63,124 nt of DNA from Candidatus Micrarchaeota archaeon (GTDB lineage Archaea > Micrarchaeota > Micrarchaeia > Anstonellales > Bilamarchaeaceae), in contig JBDRPL010000002.1 of the NCBI GenBank assembly GCA_043827025.1, forward strand, positions 1-63,124. The letters run 5' to 3'. Shown here in pieces: positions 1-10,021 of the stretch. The notes under the pieces were generated by a model. It was not told the DNA's origin and ran no database searches. It saw nothing but the letters and a program-made list of their open reading frames with translations. A program made the translations under genes and the position numbers. The stretch's first letter is position 1, and the number at the start of each line of letters is the position of its first letter.

Positions 1-87
1 CGGTGGTCGCAAACCACTGTCTTCATTTTTCAGTCTTGAGTCCGATAAATCGACGATTCGATTTATGGACCATTGATCGATATTCGA

Positions 88-1422
88 TCAATCGGTCGCG
101 GATTTAGGAACAAGAATATTAAACGTATCAGACCTAAAGAAAATCATTTTCTTGCCCAATACCTTCTTCTTTAGGAAGCCCATTTTTTCAAGCTCAAGCA
201 AATCATTCCGTGCAGTTTGATAAACTACCTTAAACAAATCCTGTAATTCAGCTATGACCGTGCTCTTTCTTGGATCAGCAAGAAACATAGAAAGGATAAC
301 TGCTTGCCTTTCGTTGACCCCTGGAATCTGCACAAAATCAAATGCTGTTGTTTTCTCTTCTGCTTTTCGCTTAACATACTCCTTTAAATCCCGCAAGGCA
401 AGCTTTATTTTATCGATCTGGAATTTTATAAAATAGGTCATATCGTTTTCATCCTGCTCACTGCAGACATATGCCCTTGAATATTGGGAAGGGGCATCCT
501 TGATGATCCTTGAAATCGCCAAAAACTCGAATAGCCAATATCCTTTTGACAAGAGATACCAGTAAAAAATGGCGCGTGCAGTCCTTCCGTTTCCATCTTC
601 AAATGGATGAACATAGCCAATAAGAAAATGCAGGATGCTCGCCTTTACTACGGGATGGATATAAGGTTCTGCAGAATTTGCAAAATCACAAATTTCTTTC
701 ATGACCGTTGGTAAAACGCTATATCGAAGCGGCACATGAAGCACTTCCCCCGACTCCTTATCCCAGACTCTAACTAAGTCATTATCCCTGAAACTACCCT
801 CATAAACCCCATTTTCAAGAGTACCTTTGGTCATTGAAGTATGGATTTGCTTGATCATTTCAAGAGTAAGCTCCTTGCCTTTCAATTCATTTACAATTAG
901 ATTCATCGTAGCATAGTTATTTGAGATCATCAATTCGTCCTTGTTCCTTGGTTTCCGTTTTGTCCTGAGCATCTCCTTTGCAATTTTTCTTGAAGTGGCT
1001 GCACCCTCAAGCTGGCTTGAGGCAATGGCTTCTTCCATCAAAGAACTTAGAAGATAGCTTTCACGATTCTGTTTAGGGACAATCAAATCGCGATCCAAAA
1101 TTCCGCCACAATCCATGTCAATGTCATGCAGATCCTGCTGAATCTTAGATGAAAAAGAATCGCTGAATTTAAATGAAATGTTATTTAAGTCAAATTTTCG
1201 AATATATAAATCCCTGGTATATTTCACAAATATCCATAAAAGGGCGTGGTCCAAGCCTTTTGGTATAGACTTATACTTGAACTCTTCCCAGGTCAGGTAA
1301 TTAGAATTGACCTCAGATATGATCTTCCGTATTTCAGGATTTGCTAAATTTTCAAATAGCTTACGGTCATAGGACTTGCCTTTTAAATCGCCTACGGAAG
1401 GTGGTTTCTCTGGAATTTTCAT
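88..1422 (-). CDS. Fic family protein (AMPylase) with C-terminal winged HTH
   Basis: Canonical Fic motif HPFEDGNGRTAR; C-terminal ...YQTARNDLLELEKMGFL HTH-like segment. Confidence 0.9.
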   Translation of the reverse strand: MKIPEKPPSVGDLKGKSYDRKLFENLANPEIRKIISEVNSNYLTWEEFKYKSIPKGLDHALLWIFVKYTRDLYIRKFDLNNISFKFSDSFSSKIQQDLHDIDMDCGGILDRDLIVPKQNRESYLLSSLMEEAIASSQLEGAATSRKIAKEMLRTKRKPRNKDELMISNNYATMNLIVNELKGKELTLEMIKQIHTSMTKGTLENGVYEGSFRDNDLVRVWDKESGEVLHVPLRYSVLPTVMKEICDFANSAEPYIHPVVKASILHFLIGYVHPFEDGNGRTARAIFYWYLLSKGYWLFEFLAISRIIKDAPSQYSRAYVCSEQDENDMTYFIKFQIDKIKLALRDLKEYVKRKAEEKTTAFDFVQIPGVNERQAVILSMFLADPRKSTVIAELQDLFKVVYQTARNDLLELEKMGFLKKKVLGKKMIFFRSDTFNILVPKSATD

Positions 1423-1464
1423 AGTTATTTATAGCACCAAAGGATATTTAAACCTACTATTTTC

Positions 1465-1554
1465 TACTAATTATTATATAAATTAGTAATTGATAAGAAT
1501 GAGGCACTAATTTGTTGATCAGTGAACAATTACTAATTTTAATATGAATTAGTA
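1465..1554. promoter_or_regulatory. Two copies of inverted repeat TACTAATT-N8-AATTAGTA (putative operator pair)
   Basis: Copies at 1465-1488 and 1531-1554 in the AT-rich gap between divergent fic and yhcH-like genes. Confidence 0.6.
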
Positions 1555-1625
1555 ATTAATTAGCATAAGAAATAAGTACTTAATTTATTTGTACGTTAAA
1601 ACATAATACAAAAACAGTGATTAAC

Positions 1626-2081
1626 ATGATTCCAGAAAAATCAGGCAGAGGAAGTAATAATAGCGAACAAAAGGCAATAAAAGAAGCAATAAATTACCTA
1701 TTGAAAACAGACTTCTCCAAAATGGAAAATGGTAAGCATCCCATAAAAGGAGAAGAGATGTTTGCACTAATAAGCGAATATGAAACTCTGCCAAAGGAAG
1801 AAAAGGATCCTGAATCACACATCAAGTTTATTGACATCCATCGTATGATAAATGGTGAGGAAAATATTGGCGTTTCATCCAAAGGCAGGAAGAAGGGAAA
1901 GTACAACGCAGATAAGGATTTCCTAGCATACGATTCAGTTGAAGATGAAGAATTCATCATGATTAGACAGGGAACATTTGCAATATTTTTCCCTAATGAT
2001 ATCCACCGACCTGGAGTAGCTATTGGCGAAAACAAGAAAGTCAGGAAGTGCGTTGTAAAAATAAGCGTTGGTTTGCCCTAG
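1626..2081 (+). CDS. YhcH/YjgK/YiaL (NanQ-like) family protein
   Basis: ESHIKFIDIH and FAIFFPNDIHRPG...VRKCVVKI motifs; GTGAT SD before ATG 1626. Confidence 0.85.
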   Translation: MIPEKSGRGSNNSEQKAIKEAINYLLKTDFSKMENGKHPIKGEEMFALISEYETLPKEEKDPESHIKFIDIHRMINGEENIGVSSKGRKKGKYNADKDFLAYDSVEDEEFIMIRQGTFAIFFPNDIHRPGVAIGENKKVRKCVVKISVGLP

Positions 2082-2095
2082 TCCTAAGGACAGGA

Positions 2096-2776
2096 TTACC
2101 AAACAAAAGGAATCAGCCGATATTTTACTTTCTTACAATATTCTTTGTATCCCTTAAGCTCCTCAGATAAAACCTTTTCCTCATTCCGTATCCTGAAGAA
2201 AATAGACAAGGAAATGAAAATGAATGGCACTAGTGCATAGTAAGAGCCAAGTGCAAGAGGAGTAAACAAAAACATTAGAATCACTCCAACATACATAGGA
2301 TGCCTCACAATTGAATATGGGCCCGTTGAAATCACTTTCTGGCCTTTCTCGACTTCAACTATGCGCGAAGTATACGTATTTTCCTTGAAAACAAGAAAAA
2401 CCAGAAGATAGCCAAGCAAAACCATAATGTCAGAGAAAACTACGAGCCAAAATGGCACCATGGACCATCCAAACCTATAATCCAACCCCGGAATCAATAG
2501 GCCGATGAAAAAAAGAATGCCTGTGAACAACACTATTGCTTTTTGCTCTGCTTCTTTTTCCTTCAACCTCATCCTTCTCTTAAGAAGCTCAGGGTCATTC
2601 TTAAGAAAATAAAAAACCACAAAAACAGGAGGGATTAGGATAACTGCACAATATACCCATGCCTGCCAATAATCAAATGAACCTGCAGGTAAAAATAATA
2701 TTGCAGCAAGACCAACCACTGCCAGCCCAAATCTAGATACAATAGTAGTTCTCAGTTTTGCTGTGTCTTCCCCCAT
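2096..2776 (-). CDS. Isoprenylcysteine carboxyl methyltransferase (ICMT/PEMT) family membrane protein
   Basis: Multiple TM segments; GPYSIVRHPMY and RIRNEE...Y motifs. Confidence 0.85.
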   Translation of the reverse strand: MGEDTAKLRTTIVSRFGLAVVGLAAILFLPAGSFDYWQAWVYCAVILIPPVFVVFYFLKNDPELLKRRMRLKEKEAEQKAIVLFTGILFFIGLLIPGLDYRFGWSMVPFWLVVFSDIMVLLGYLLVFLVFKENTYTSRIVEVEKGQKVISTGPYSIVRHPMYVGVILMFLFTPLALGSYYALVPFIFISLSIFFRIRNEEKVLSEELKGYKEYCKKVKYRLIPFVW

Positions 2777-2786
2777 TATTGCATAC

Positions 2787-2984
2787 CTACGGTTTTATAT
2801 AAATCATGGCAACTAATATCAAAATTACAGCAGTAAAACAGAAATTCAGAACTGCAAATGCAAATAAGGCGTAGAAAAACCACGATGGAAGTTGTGAAAT
2901 GTCAAAACCCTGATTTGAACTGCTTGAACTGCTTGACCCACTTGATCCCTTTGGCTTAGATTTAACATTATCATCATCTGGCAT
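2787..2984 (-). CDS. Small membrane-anchored hypothetical protein with Ser-rich linker
   Basis: MPDDD...SSGSSSSSSS followed by a C-terminal TM helix; co-oriented in the operon. Confidence 0.55.
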   Translation of the reverse strand: MPDDDNVKSKPKGSSGSSSSSSSNQGFDISQLPSWFFYALFAFAVLNFCFTAVILILVAMIYIKP

Positions 2985-3041
2985 ACATATCCCTCTGAAT
3001 AGGTAGAAACCGAAGATATAATTTAAAAACATAGCTGAATC

Positions 3042-3659
3042 TCATCCAAGCCCTATTTTTACCTTATCTCCAGGCCTGACAGGCATCTTAATAGGGGCAA
3101 TGACTTCGAGAATATCAATCCCATGGTGAGTTCTAACTGGAATTATTATTGCGCACTTTACCCCTTGCAATGTGCATGGATAGGCAAAAATGTCTCCGAA
3201 TGTCCTTTCCTTTGTTGAAAAACCAGACAACAATATAGGATCAGATTGCTTGAGATAGATTCTTTTTGCTTGCTCGTTTTCATCCAAACTGACATTTATC
3301 GTTCCGGCATATGGCTCGAAACCAAGCTTTTTCTTGACTTCATCGCGATAGCCTTTAAGTGAAAGATAATAGCTTCCCTCATTCAGACCATCGACTACAC
3401 GGCCTGCAAAAAAACGTTTTCCACCCTCGACAAGAAACTTAAGCTCAATATAATCCTTCATTATTGCATCCATTCCAGATACGCTAAGTTTTGCAGTACT
3501 GCCCCGCCTTTCTATCAGCTTCTCAGTTTCCAACAATATGAGTTTCCGTGAGGCATTCTGCTGGGACATGTTTAACTGTTTTCCAATTTCAGAAGTGGTG
3601 GCATTAACGAACTGCTTATCAGCACCCATCTTCAGCAGAAACAAAAGCAATTCATCCAT
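3042..3659 (-). CDS. ribK: CTP-dependent riboflavin kinase with N-terminal wHTH (RbkR-like)
   Basis: N-terminal HTH (SQQNASR); G..EG.YY, PYAGTIN and RTHH..LEVIAP motifs. Confidence 0.85.
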   Translation of the reverse strand: MDELLLFLLKMGADKQFVNATTSEIGKQLNMSQQNASRKLILLETEKLIERRGSTAKLSVSGMDAIMKDYIELKFLVEGGKRFFAGRVVDGLNEGSYYLSLKGYRDEVKKKLGFEPYAGTINVSLDENEQAKRIYLKQSDPILLSGFSTKERTFGDIFAYPCTLQGVKCAIIIPVRTHHGIDILEVIAPIKMPVRPGDKVKIGLG

Positions 3660-4800
3660 CAAGCAACCTCCTGTAAAGCCGAACTGTTTTTTCACAGCAT
3701 TGTTTCATAGAAAAAAGACCTGCTTTTTTTCTATTGGCAACTGCCATCTTTGCAGCCATTTTCTTGTTACCAAGCAACCTCATGACACAGTTCTGCAAAT
3801 CTCTGAGATCATTTGGCTTGAATAAAAGACCATTCACCTTGTCTTCGACAAGATCTGAGATCCCAGGGCTCTTTGGACAAACGATGGGCAACCCGCATGC
3901 CATACCTTCTAAAAAAGTGAGGCCGAATGTTTCAGTATCTGATGCAGAAACAAAAACATCCCCCATCCTATAAATAGAAGCCAAATCAGATTCTTCAACA
4001 AACCCTGTGAACACAACATTCTTCATGCCATGTGCCAGTTTCCTGCATTTATCCAGATATGGCCCACTGCCTGCGATTACAAGGATGGCGTCTAGTTTTT
4101 TGAAGGCATTTATCAGAAGCCCAAGCTTCTTCTCAAAACTCACCCTTCCCAAATATAGAGCCACTTTCTTTTCTTTTGGAATACTGTATTTTTTCCTGAA
4201 ATCAATTATTTTTCCTTTGAGCCTTCCAAGCTCTACGCCATTCTCCAGAAGCTCGGTATTTTTTATGCCATAGCTTTTGAGGATATGGACGAATTCAGAG
4301 GACGGTGCAGTCACCACATCCGCTTTCGAATAGAAGTGACTGACTAGTTTTTTGGTTGTAAATGAACTGGCCTGCTTCAGGAATTTAGGGTAGAACCCCA
4401 CAAAAAGATGAGGAAAATATTCCTCGAAATGAGTATGATATGTAGCAACAGAGCGAATGCCCAGCCTTCTGGCAGCAAGAAGAGCAAAAACACCAAGAAC
4501 AACAGGGGCATGGGAATGTACAATATCTGGTTTTTCTTTTTTTATGATTTTCTCAACATCCCTAGGACTTATTGCAGAGATACGGTATCCTTTGTAAAAG
4601 GGAAATGGCACAGAACGAACCCAAAGCACCTTTACCTTTCCATGCATTTCAATCCCAGGTCTGAGTCCTGGTGCAACAATAAGCACTTCATGATCCCGGC
4701 TAAGCCGGTTCAGCACCTGGTCTAAAAAAACAACAACCCCGTTTTTTTGAGGGTGGAAAGTATCCGTAAACAGCGCGATCTTCATGCACTTTTTCATCAT
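3652..4800 (-). CDS. GT4 family glycosyltransferase (glycolipid synthase-like)
   Basis: MKIALFTDTFHPQKNGV and ETFGLTFLEGMACG motifs. Confidence 0.9.
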   Translation of the reverse strand: MMKKCMKIALFTDTFHPQKNGVVVFLDQVLNRLSRDHEVLIVAPGLRPGIEMHGKVKVLWVRSVPFPFYKGYRISAISPRDVEKIIKKEKPDIVHSHAPVVLGVFALLAARRLGIRSVATYHTHFEEYFPHLFVGFYPKFLKQASSFTTKKLVSHFYSKADVVTAPSSEFVHILKSYGIKNTELLENGVELGRLKGKIIDFRKKYSIPKEKKVALYLGRVSFEKKLGLLINAFKKLDAILVIAGSGPYLDKCRKLAHGMKNVVFTGFVEESDLASIYRMGDVFVSASDTETFGLTFLEGMACGLPIVCPKSPGISDLVEDKVNGLLFKPNDLRDLQNCVMRLLGNKKMAAKMAVANRKKAGLFSMKQCCEKTVRLYRRLLDG

Positions 4801-5897
4801 GATGCCTTTGAAACGTCCCGGCAAGTCTGCTTCTTGCTCTCGTTCTTTATCTCATCGCAGTAAACAGGATTCTTCTGCTGGCCTGCAATTTCAATATAAC
4901 AGTCTTCATAATAGCCAATATCCTGAATATTTTTACAGTAGCTCGGGTCATTGAAGTTCATTGCAAAATTTATGTAGCATGGGCCGAGTTTCCTGTCTGC
5001 AAATTTGCAATACACTGAATCAGATTCCTGTAACGCGAAATTGAAGAAACAAGTGGCTGGATCCCCAGAAGCATAGCAAGTTTCTATTGTCCTGTCCTTG
5101 TCTGCGATCTTATTAAGCAAAGGCTCTGTCTCCGGTTCGCGGATTGCTTTTTTACTCGGCATTTCTATATCCCCATTATAGTTATAGTCTGCATCAAGAA
5201 GCTTGAAATGAGTTGTGACCGGATTTCCATTCATATAAAACTTCATTGTCTTTTCGACAACTTCATTTCCATCAATGCACCATGTCTCTTCAAACCATGT
5301 CGGTCCCCCTGCAATATTCAATTTGGCCAAATCCTGCATAGTAAGCACGGAATAATCCCGAGTATAAGAAATTTCCTTGCATGCCCTCTCATCAACAGAT
5401 TTATCGACTATGGAATTCTTGAATCTTATCGCTCCCTTTTCAATCATTATCGCATAGCCTTCTTTTGACACATGACTAATCTCATCATTCAGGAAAAGCC
5501 CTTTGATCATGTTTATGTAGGAAGTCATGGCAGACGTATTTTCTACACGTGCACACATTCTTTCATCATTCATGGACACACAAATAATATCGTCAGTTGG
5601 TTTGCTGCCATTGAAAAAAACGTCCCTTACTCCTGCAGGCGAAACCATGCTGAATTGCATTTTGTCTCCGCGCTTTACAAGAGTAGTCTGGACCTCGATA
5701 GGCCCACGTTGCTCATCATAGGAATAGAGATAGTTCTCGCCGGATTTCTTGTCAAAAGTGCCAAGATACATCGCAGAGATCTGGCCTGTCATGTCAGGAG
5801 TCTCGTTTTTCGGAACAACGGTCTCTGGTTTTGAAGTAATCACGTAGGCCGCAACAACCAAAATTACAACTAATGCGATAATATATTCTGTTTTCAT
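4797..5897 (-). CDS. Exported protein with N-terminal signal/anchor and C-terminal Cys-rich repeats
   Basis: MKTEYIIALVVILVVAAY signal; repeated C..I.....CY units at the C-terminus; the longer track start overlaps pdaD and is unlikely. Confidence 0.7.
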   Translation of the reverse strand: MKTEYIIALVVILVVAAYVITSKPETVVPKNETPDMTGQISAMYLGTFDKKSGENYLYSYDEQRGPIEVQTTLVKRGDKMQFSMVSPAGVRDVFFNGSKPTDDIICVSMNDERMCARVENTSAMTSYINMIKGLFLNDEISHVSKEGYAIMIEKGAIRFKNSIVDKSVDERACKEISYTRDYSVLTMQDLAKLNIAGGPTWFEETWCIDGNEVVEKTMKFYMNGNPVTTHFKLLDADYNYNGDIEMPSKKAIREPETEPLLNKIADKDRTIETCYASGDPATCFFNFALQESDSVYCKFADRKLGPCYINFAMNFNDPSYCKNIQDIGYYEDCYIEIAGQQKNPVYCDEIKNESKKQTCRDVSKAS

Positions 5898-5958
5898 AAT
5901 AATCACATAACACTTATTTTTGATAATCCTTAAATAGCTTTTGTCTAAAATCTTTAAT

Positions 5959-6519
5959 ATGATTTCCAACATGTTTGTACCAAAAAAGATGTTTTTCACA
6001 AAAGGAGTTGGCCATGGCCATAATGAACTCACTTCTTTTGAGCACGCGCTAAGGGATGCTGGCATCGAGAAATTCAATCTTGTCTCAGTATCAAGCATAG
6101 CTCCGCCTGGAATAAAGATAGTGTCGAAAAGCGAGGGACTGAAATGTCTGAGGCCAGGGCAGGTGGTGTTTACCGTGCTTGCTAGGATAACTTCCAATGA
6201 GCCAAACAGGCTTATGGTTGCATCAGTCGGCTGCGCGATACCTGCAGACGAGACTACGTACGGCTACCTAAGCGAATGCCATTCCTATGGCCAAACCGAG
6301 AGAAAGGCAGCAGACTATTCCGAAGACCTTGCCGCATCAATGCTGGCATCCACACTGGGTATCGAATTTGACCCGGAAAGCGCGTGGGATGAAAAAGAAC
6401 AGTATTTTAAAATGAGTGGGAAGATAGTTAAAACAACAAACATAACTCAATCAGCTGAATGCAACAAAGACGGAAAATGGACGGCAACTATTGCAGCGGC
6501 AGTATTTATATTCGAATGA
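5959..6519 (+). CDS. pdaD: Pyruvoyl-dependent arginine decarboxylase
   Basis: SFEHALRDAGIEKFNLVSVSSI self-cleavage motif; GYLSE. Confidence 0.9.
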   Translation: MISNMFVPKKMFFTKGVGHGHNELTSFEHALRDAGIEKFNLVSVSSIAPPGIKIVSKSEGLKCLRPGQVVFTVLARITSNEPNRLMVASVGCAIPADETTYGYLSECHSYGQTERKAADYSEDLAASMLASTLGIEFDPESAWDEKEQYFKMSGKIVKTTNITQSAECNKDGKWTATIAAAVFIFE

Positions 6520-6536
6520 AAAGAGAGGGTGAACAG

Positions 6537-6980
6537 ATGGGATTTTTAGATTCTTTATTCGGGAAGGGCCAAAAAGAAATGAAAGAGATGCAGAGGGAAA
6601 GGCCAAAAGGCGACGTATCATCCATAAAGACCACATTCCAGTTCACGCCACTGAGGCTTACTGCAATGAAGATAAACTCAATTACACTCACAACGAAAGT
6701 GAAAAACGAGGGAGAAAGCAAACAACTGGTTTCAATGGACTTCGTTCTCCCGAAAAACGAGATAATAGGTTTCGACCAGACGTGCCTGCAGAAAGTCAGG
6801 GAAAATAAAGTAGGCGAAATAAAGCCTGGCGAAACAAAAGAATTCTCTGTGCAGATATATGGATCCAACCAGACCAAATCCTGCACCTGCGACATAGGTG
6901 TGGTAACATATTCGCACTACTTGGATTACAACAAAGTGATAACCTCGACTAAGAAAAAGTTTCAGCTTAGAATAAGTTGA
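6537..6980 (+). CDS. Hypothetical protein with N-terminal amphipathic helix and Ig-like domain
   Basis: Starts MGFLDSLFGKG after a GGTGA SD; GEIKPGETKEF resembles an Ig/CARDB strand. Confidence 0.65.
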   Translation: MGFLDSLFGKGQKEMKEMQRERPKGDVSSIKTTFQFTPLRLTAMKINSITLTTKVKNEGESKQLVSMDFVLPKNEIIGFDQTCLQKVRENKVGEIKPGETKEFSVQIYGSNQTKSCTCDIGVVTYSHYLDYNKVITSTKKKFQLRIS

Positions 6981-6996
6981 TGAAAAGCTCAGGAAA

Positions 6997-7284
6997 TCAT
7001 ATCTGCTGCACTTTAGTTGTTTCTTTTATTTGATCAATCAGATTTGCGAGCTTGGCCCCTTTCTCAGTCAGTTTAACTAATTTTTTCTTGCCTTTTGTCT
7101 CGATCACCACCAGACCTCCCTGGTTGAAAAGCTTCACCATATGAGTTACAAAAACATAAGTAGTCTTGGTTTCCCTCGCTATCTTGGAGAGGTGCCAATT
7201 GAGATTAGGATCTTTCAGCGCCACAAGTATGGAAGCAGTTTTGCTTTTTACCAGAAGATCGTAAAGAGCCATTCTATCCACCAA
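6997..7284 (-). CDS. Small winged-helix DNA-binding protein
   Basis: LSKIARETKTTYVFV...KLVKLTEKG wHTH pattern. Confidence 0.75.
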   Translation of the reverse strand: MVDRMALYDLLVKSKTASILVALKDPNLNWHLSKIARETKTTYVFVTHMVKLFNQGGLVVIETKGKKKLVKLTEKGAKLANLIDQIKETTKVQQI

Positions 7285-8176
7285 TTCTTTTCTTCATTTC
7301 AGCTTTCCATTCCTTTTGGTCGAAGCGCACATCAATATCTCTAAAAAGACTTATAATTCCACGCATGCCTTTCTGCACTACCGGACCTGTTGACATTTTT
7401 TTGAGTTTCCTTGCGAACTCGGGATTGGCAAGCACAAGGTTGATGCATTTGTTCTCCATGGACTTTTTTTTCTGAGCTATTGCATGAAGGACTTTCATTG
7501 CATTGTATTCTGTAGTAGTTCCCTTGCCCTTGCTTTTCTCGAAATCCTTCCTAGCATCAAATTCCTTTGAATTAATCTGATCTAATTTCTTGCAGAATTT
7601 CTGAAGTGCCATATTTATGAAAGGCTCATTGAGCATAACAAGCCAGCCTTTCCTGCGATATTTCGCATCAATACGCTTCAGCTTATCCAGAGCTTCGTCT
7701 TTATCCATATCGCTTGTAAACTCTCCGTCAAGAACCTTCCAGGTTGCCCTCAGGGATTTTGAATCTATTCGCCCCACCCACTTCTTAAGGAATCCAGATG
7801 CCTCTCTCAGCTCGTGCCTTTTTGCCCTTATGGATTTCAGCTCCTTCTCAGCATCTTCCTTCTTCAATGGCCTGAACTCTGTAAGCCACATCTTATGCAA
7901 AAGTATTGAATGCAGCTGCTTATCCTCAAAGAAGACATTGAAAAGGTCCTTGAAATCAGACTTGAGAAAACGGAGCTCCTCCATATTTCTTGAAATCCTG
8001 TTGCCAATTTCCAATTTCTTGTTCTTGACCATTTCGCTTTGTGCCTTGATCTCTTCCCTAAGCTGTTTGTCATAGAAATCACGATACATTGCATTCATCT
8101 TATGCAACGCTTCCTCTAACTCCTTGAGTTCAGCGCTACCCATTTCAAGGGCATCTATCAGAAGTTCACGGCCCAT
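7274..8176 (-). CDS. Hypothetical helical/coiled-coil protein
   Basis: Long Lys/Glu-rich ORF; likely start MGRELL at 8176. Confidence 0.65.
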   Translation of the reverse strand: MGRELLIDALEMGSAELKELEEALHKMNAMYRDFYDKQLREEIKAQSEMVKNKKLEIGNRISRNMEELRFLKSDFKDLFNVFFEDKQLHSILLHKMWLTEFRPLKKEDAEKELKSIRAKRHELREASGFLKKWVGRIDSKSLRATWKVLDGEFTSDMDKDEALDKLKRIDAKYRRKGWLVMLNEPFINMALQKFCKKLDQINSKEFDARKDFEKSKGKGTTTEYNAMKVLHAIAQKKKSMENKCINLVLANPEFARKLKKMSTGPVVQKGMRGIISLFRDIDVRFDQKEWKAEMKKRIGG

Positions 8177-8180
8177 GAGG

Positions 8181-9443
8181 TTATTTTGATTCCATCTTGT
8201 TATAAAGATTGGCAAAGGCAAAGAAAAAAAGTGCAAAGAGAAATGAAAGAAAAGAAGCACAAGGATTGGTTTTCACAGCATCTGACACCTGCCCAGCATT
8301 CTGCTCGGATAAAATTTGTCTTGACTTCTCGATTATGACATCCGTATCCTGGTGCACATCATTCGCCATGGCACTTAATTTCATAGTATACACATAACCT
8401 TCCTTGAAAACCCCTTTGTTAATGTCATATTCAATATGCCTTTTTTCATTAGGGGAGAGCACGATTGTCTCTTTTATTGTGCCAATCACCTCATTTGGAG
8501 TGACGATGGAATAGGTAACAAACTCGTACTGGTTGTTCAGGTTCTGGATATCTACATTGACCGTATATTTTTCCTTATCAAAACCAAGGTCAACCGAAAC
8601 ATCTCCGCTCCGTTTCCTAAGATAGATCTCCTCGATAGTCGTGTTGCTTGAAATCGAAACCTTGTACAATGACGTAATAGTATCAAAAACATCTGTCTGG
8701 TCTTTCCCATATGAAACATATATGTGGCTATTGTCCAAAAGGCCGACTTCGCCGAAAGTACTGTCAACCGGTATCCAACCTGTGCCATCCACATAGACTT
8801 CCACCCAGGAATGAGGCTGCCATTCTTCGCTTCGCACATGCCCTGACACATACCTTGATTTGAGCCCCATGGAATTGAAAATGGCAATAGTAAGATGTGA
8901 ATATTCAACGCAAACCCCTTCTCTGTCAGAGAAAACCTGTTTGGCAGTCTTATCCTGGTCTGCAAGAAGTTTATTATACGTTACATAATTATTCGCCCAA
9001 TTCACTACATTGACAATTGTTTTGAGAGTTGAGTTCTTGTTGATAAGTGGCTGAATTATATCAGCCATCTCAGAAGTATAGCTGGTATATTCAGTACCCT
9101 GCATCGATGCAGGGGCTAAAATAGGATCCTCAAAAATGTTAAGATCTGGAAACGTAAGTATTTCCGCCCTTGCAACCACCTCTACCTTTGGCTTATCAAG
9201 CTTAAAAGAATATATCATCCTCAGATCCTCCTTGCCTACCAGTTCAGCCCCAAGTGGAACATCAAGGCCAAGGACTTTCTGCCTGGCACTATTGATGATA
9301 AATGTGCCATTGAGCTTGATAGTATCGCCTGGAGTTCCTTCGATTATCCATTTTTTCTCTATGACGAACTTGGACTCGCCAAAGCTGGAGAAAACGTTGC
9401 AGGCGAGTAGAATGATTGCTAACAATGGAAGGATCTTGTGCAT
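8181..9443 (-). CDS. Secreted, membrane-anchored transglutaminase-like protein
   Basis: Signal peptide; GVCVEYS, HSWVEV and WIPVDST Cys-His-Asp triad; C-terminal TM. Confidence 0.85.
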   Translation of the reverse strand: MHKILPLLAIILLACNVFSSFGESKFVIEKKWIIEGTPGDTIKLNGTFIINSARQKVLGLDVPLGAELVGKEDLRMIYSFKLDKPKVEVVARAEILTFPDLNIFEDPILAPASMQGTEYTSYTSEMADIIQPLINKNSTLKTIVNVVNWANNYVTYNKLLADQDKTAKQVFSDREGVCVEYSHLTIAIFNSMGLKSRYVSGHVRSEEWQPHSWVEVYVDGTGWIPVDSTFGEVGLLDNSHIYVSYGKDQTDVFDTITSLYKVSISSNTTIEEIYLRKRSGDVSVDLGFDKEKYTVNVDIQNLNNQYEFVTYSIVTPNEVIGTIKETIVLSPNEKRHIEYDINKGVFKEGYVYTMKLSAMANDVHQDTDVIIEKSRQILSEQNAGQVSDAVKTNPCASFLSFLFALFFFAFANLYNKMESK

Positions 9444-9502
9444 TCTGATCAGAAATATAACAATCTCAAAGAATAAAAGGTTATTCAAAGAATAGTAGGA
9501 AT

Positions 9503-10021
9503 ATGAAAAACAAAGGAGAAGTAATCCATTTCATAATAACCGGGGGCACCATTGACTCGCATTTTGATCCTGCAAAAGATGCAGTAATAATTGGAGAAAG
9601 GACCTATGTCGAAGAATACATCAGAAAATTACAGCTTCATAATGAGATTAAATTCTCAATTGTTTTTCTCAAGGATAGTAGGGAGATCAGGCACAGGGAC
9701 AGGCAAAAACTGGTTGATGAAGTCAAAAGATCGCCATATAAGCGGATTGTGATCACACATGGAACTTATACCCTGCCTGATAGCGCACAATACCTAAAAG
9801 AAAATCTTCTGAATACTGACAAAACAATAGTGTTTACCGGCTCGATGATTCCGTTAAAAGGATTTGAATTCTCGGATGCTCCGTTCAATCTGGGATATGC
9901 GATTGCAAGCGTGCAGACTCTTTCCCATGGAATTTACATATGCATGAATGGAAAGGTGTTTGATCCTGATAAAGTGGACAAAAACAAAGTAGAAGGAAGG
10001 TTTGAAGAGAACAAGGACTAG
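9503..10021 (+). CDS. Short L-asparaginase (N-terminal domain only)
   Basis: TGGTID, ITHGTYTL and VFTGSMIP motifs. Confidence 0.85.
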   Translation: MKNKGEVIHFIITGGTIDSHFDPAKDAVIIGERTYVEEYIRKLQLHNEIKFSIVFLKDSREIRHRDRQKLVDEVKRSPYKRIVITHGTYTLPDSAQYLKENLLNTDKTIVFTGSMIPLKGFEFSDAPFNLGYAIASVQTLSHGIYICMNGKVFDPDKVDKNKVEGRFEENKD

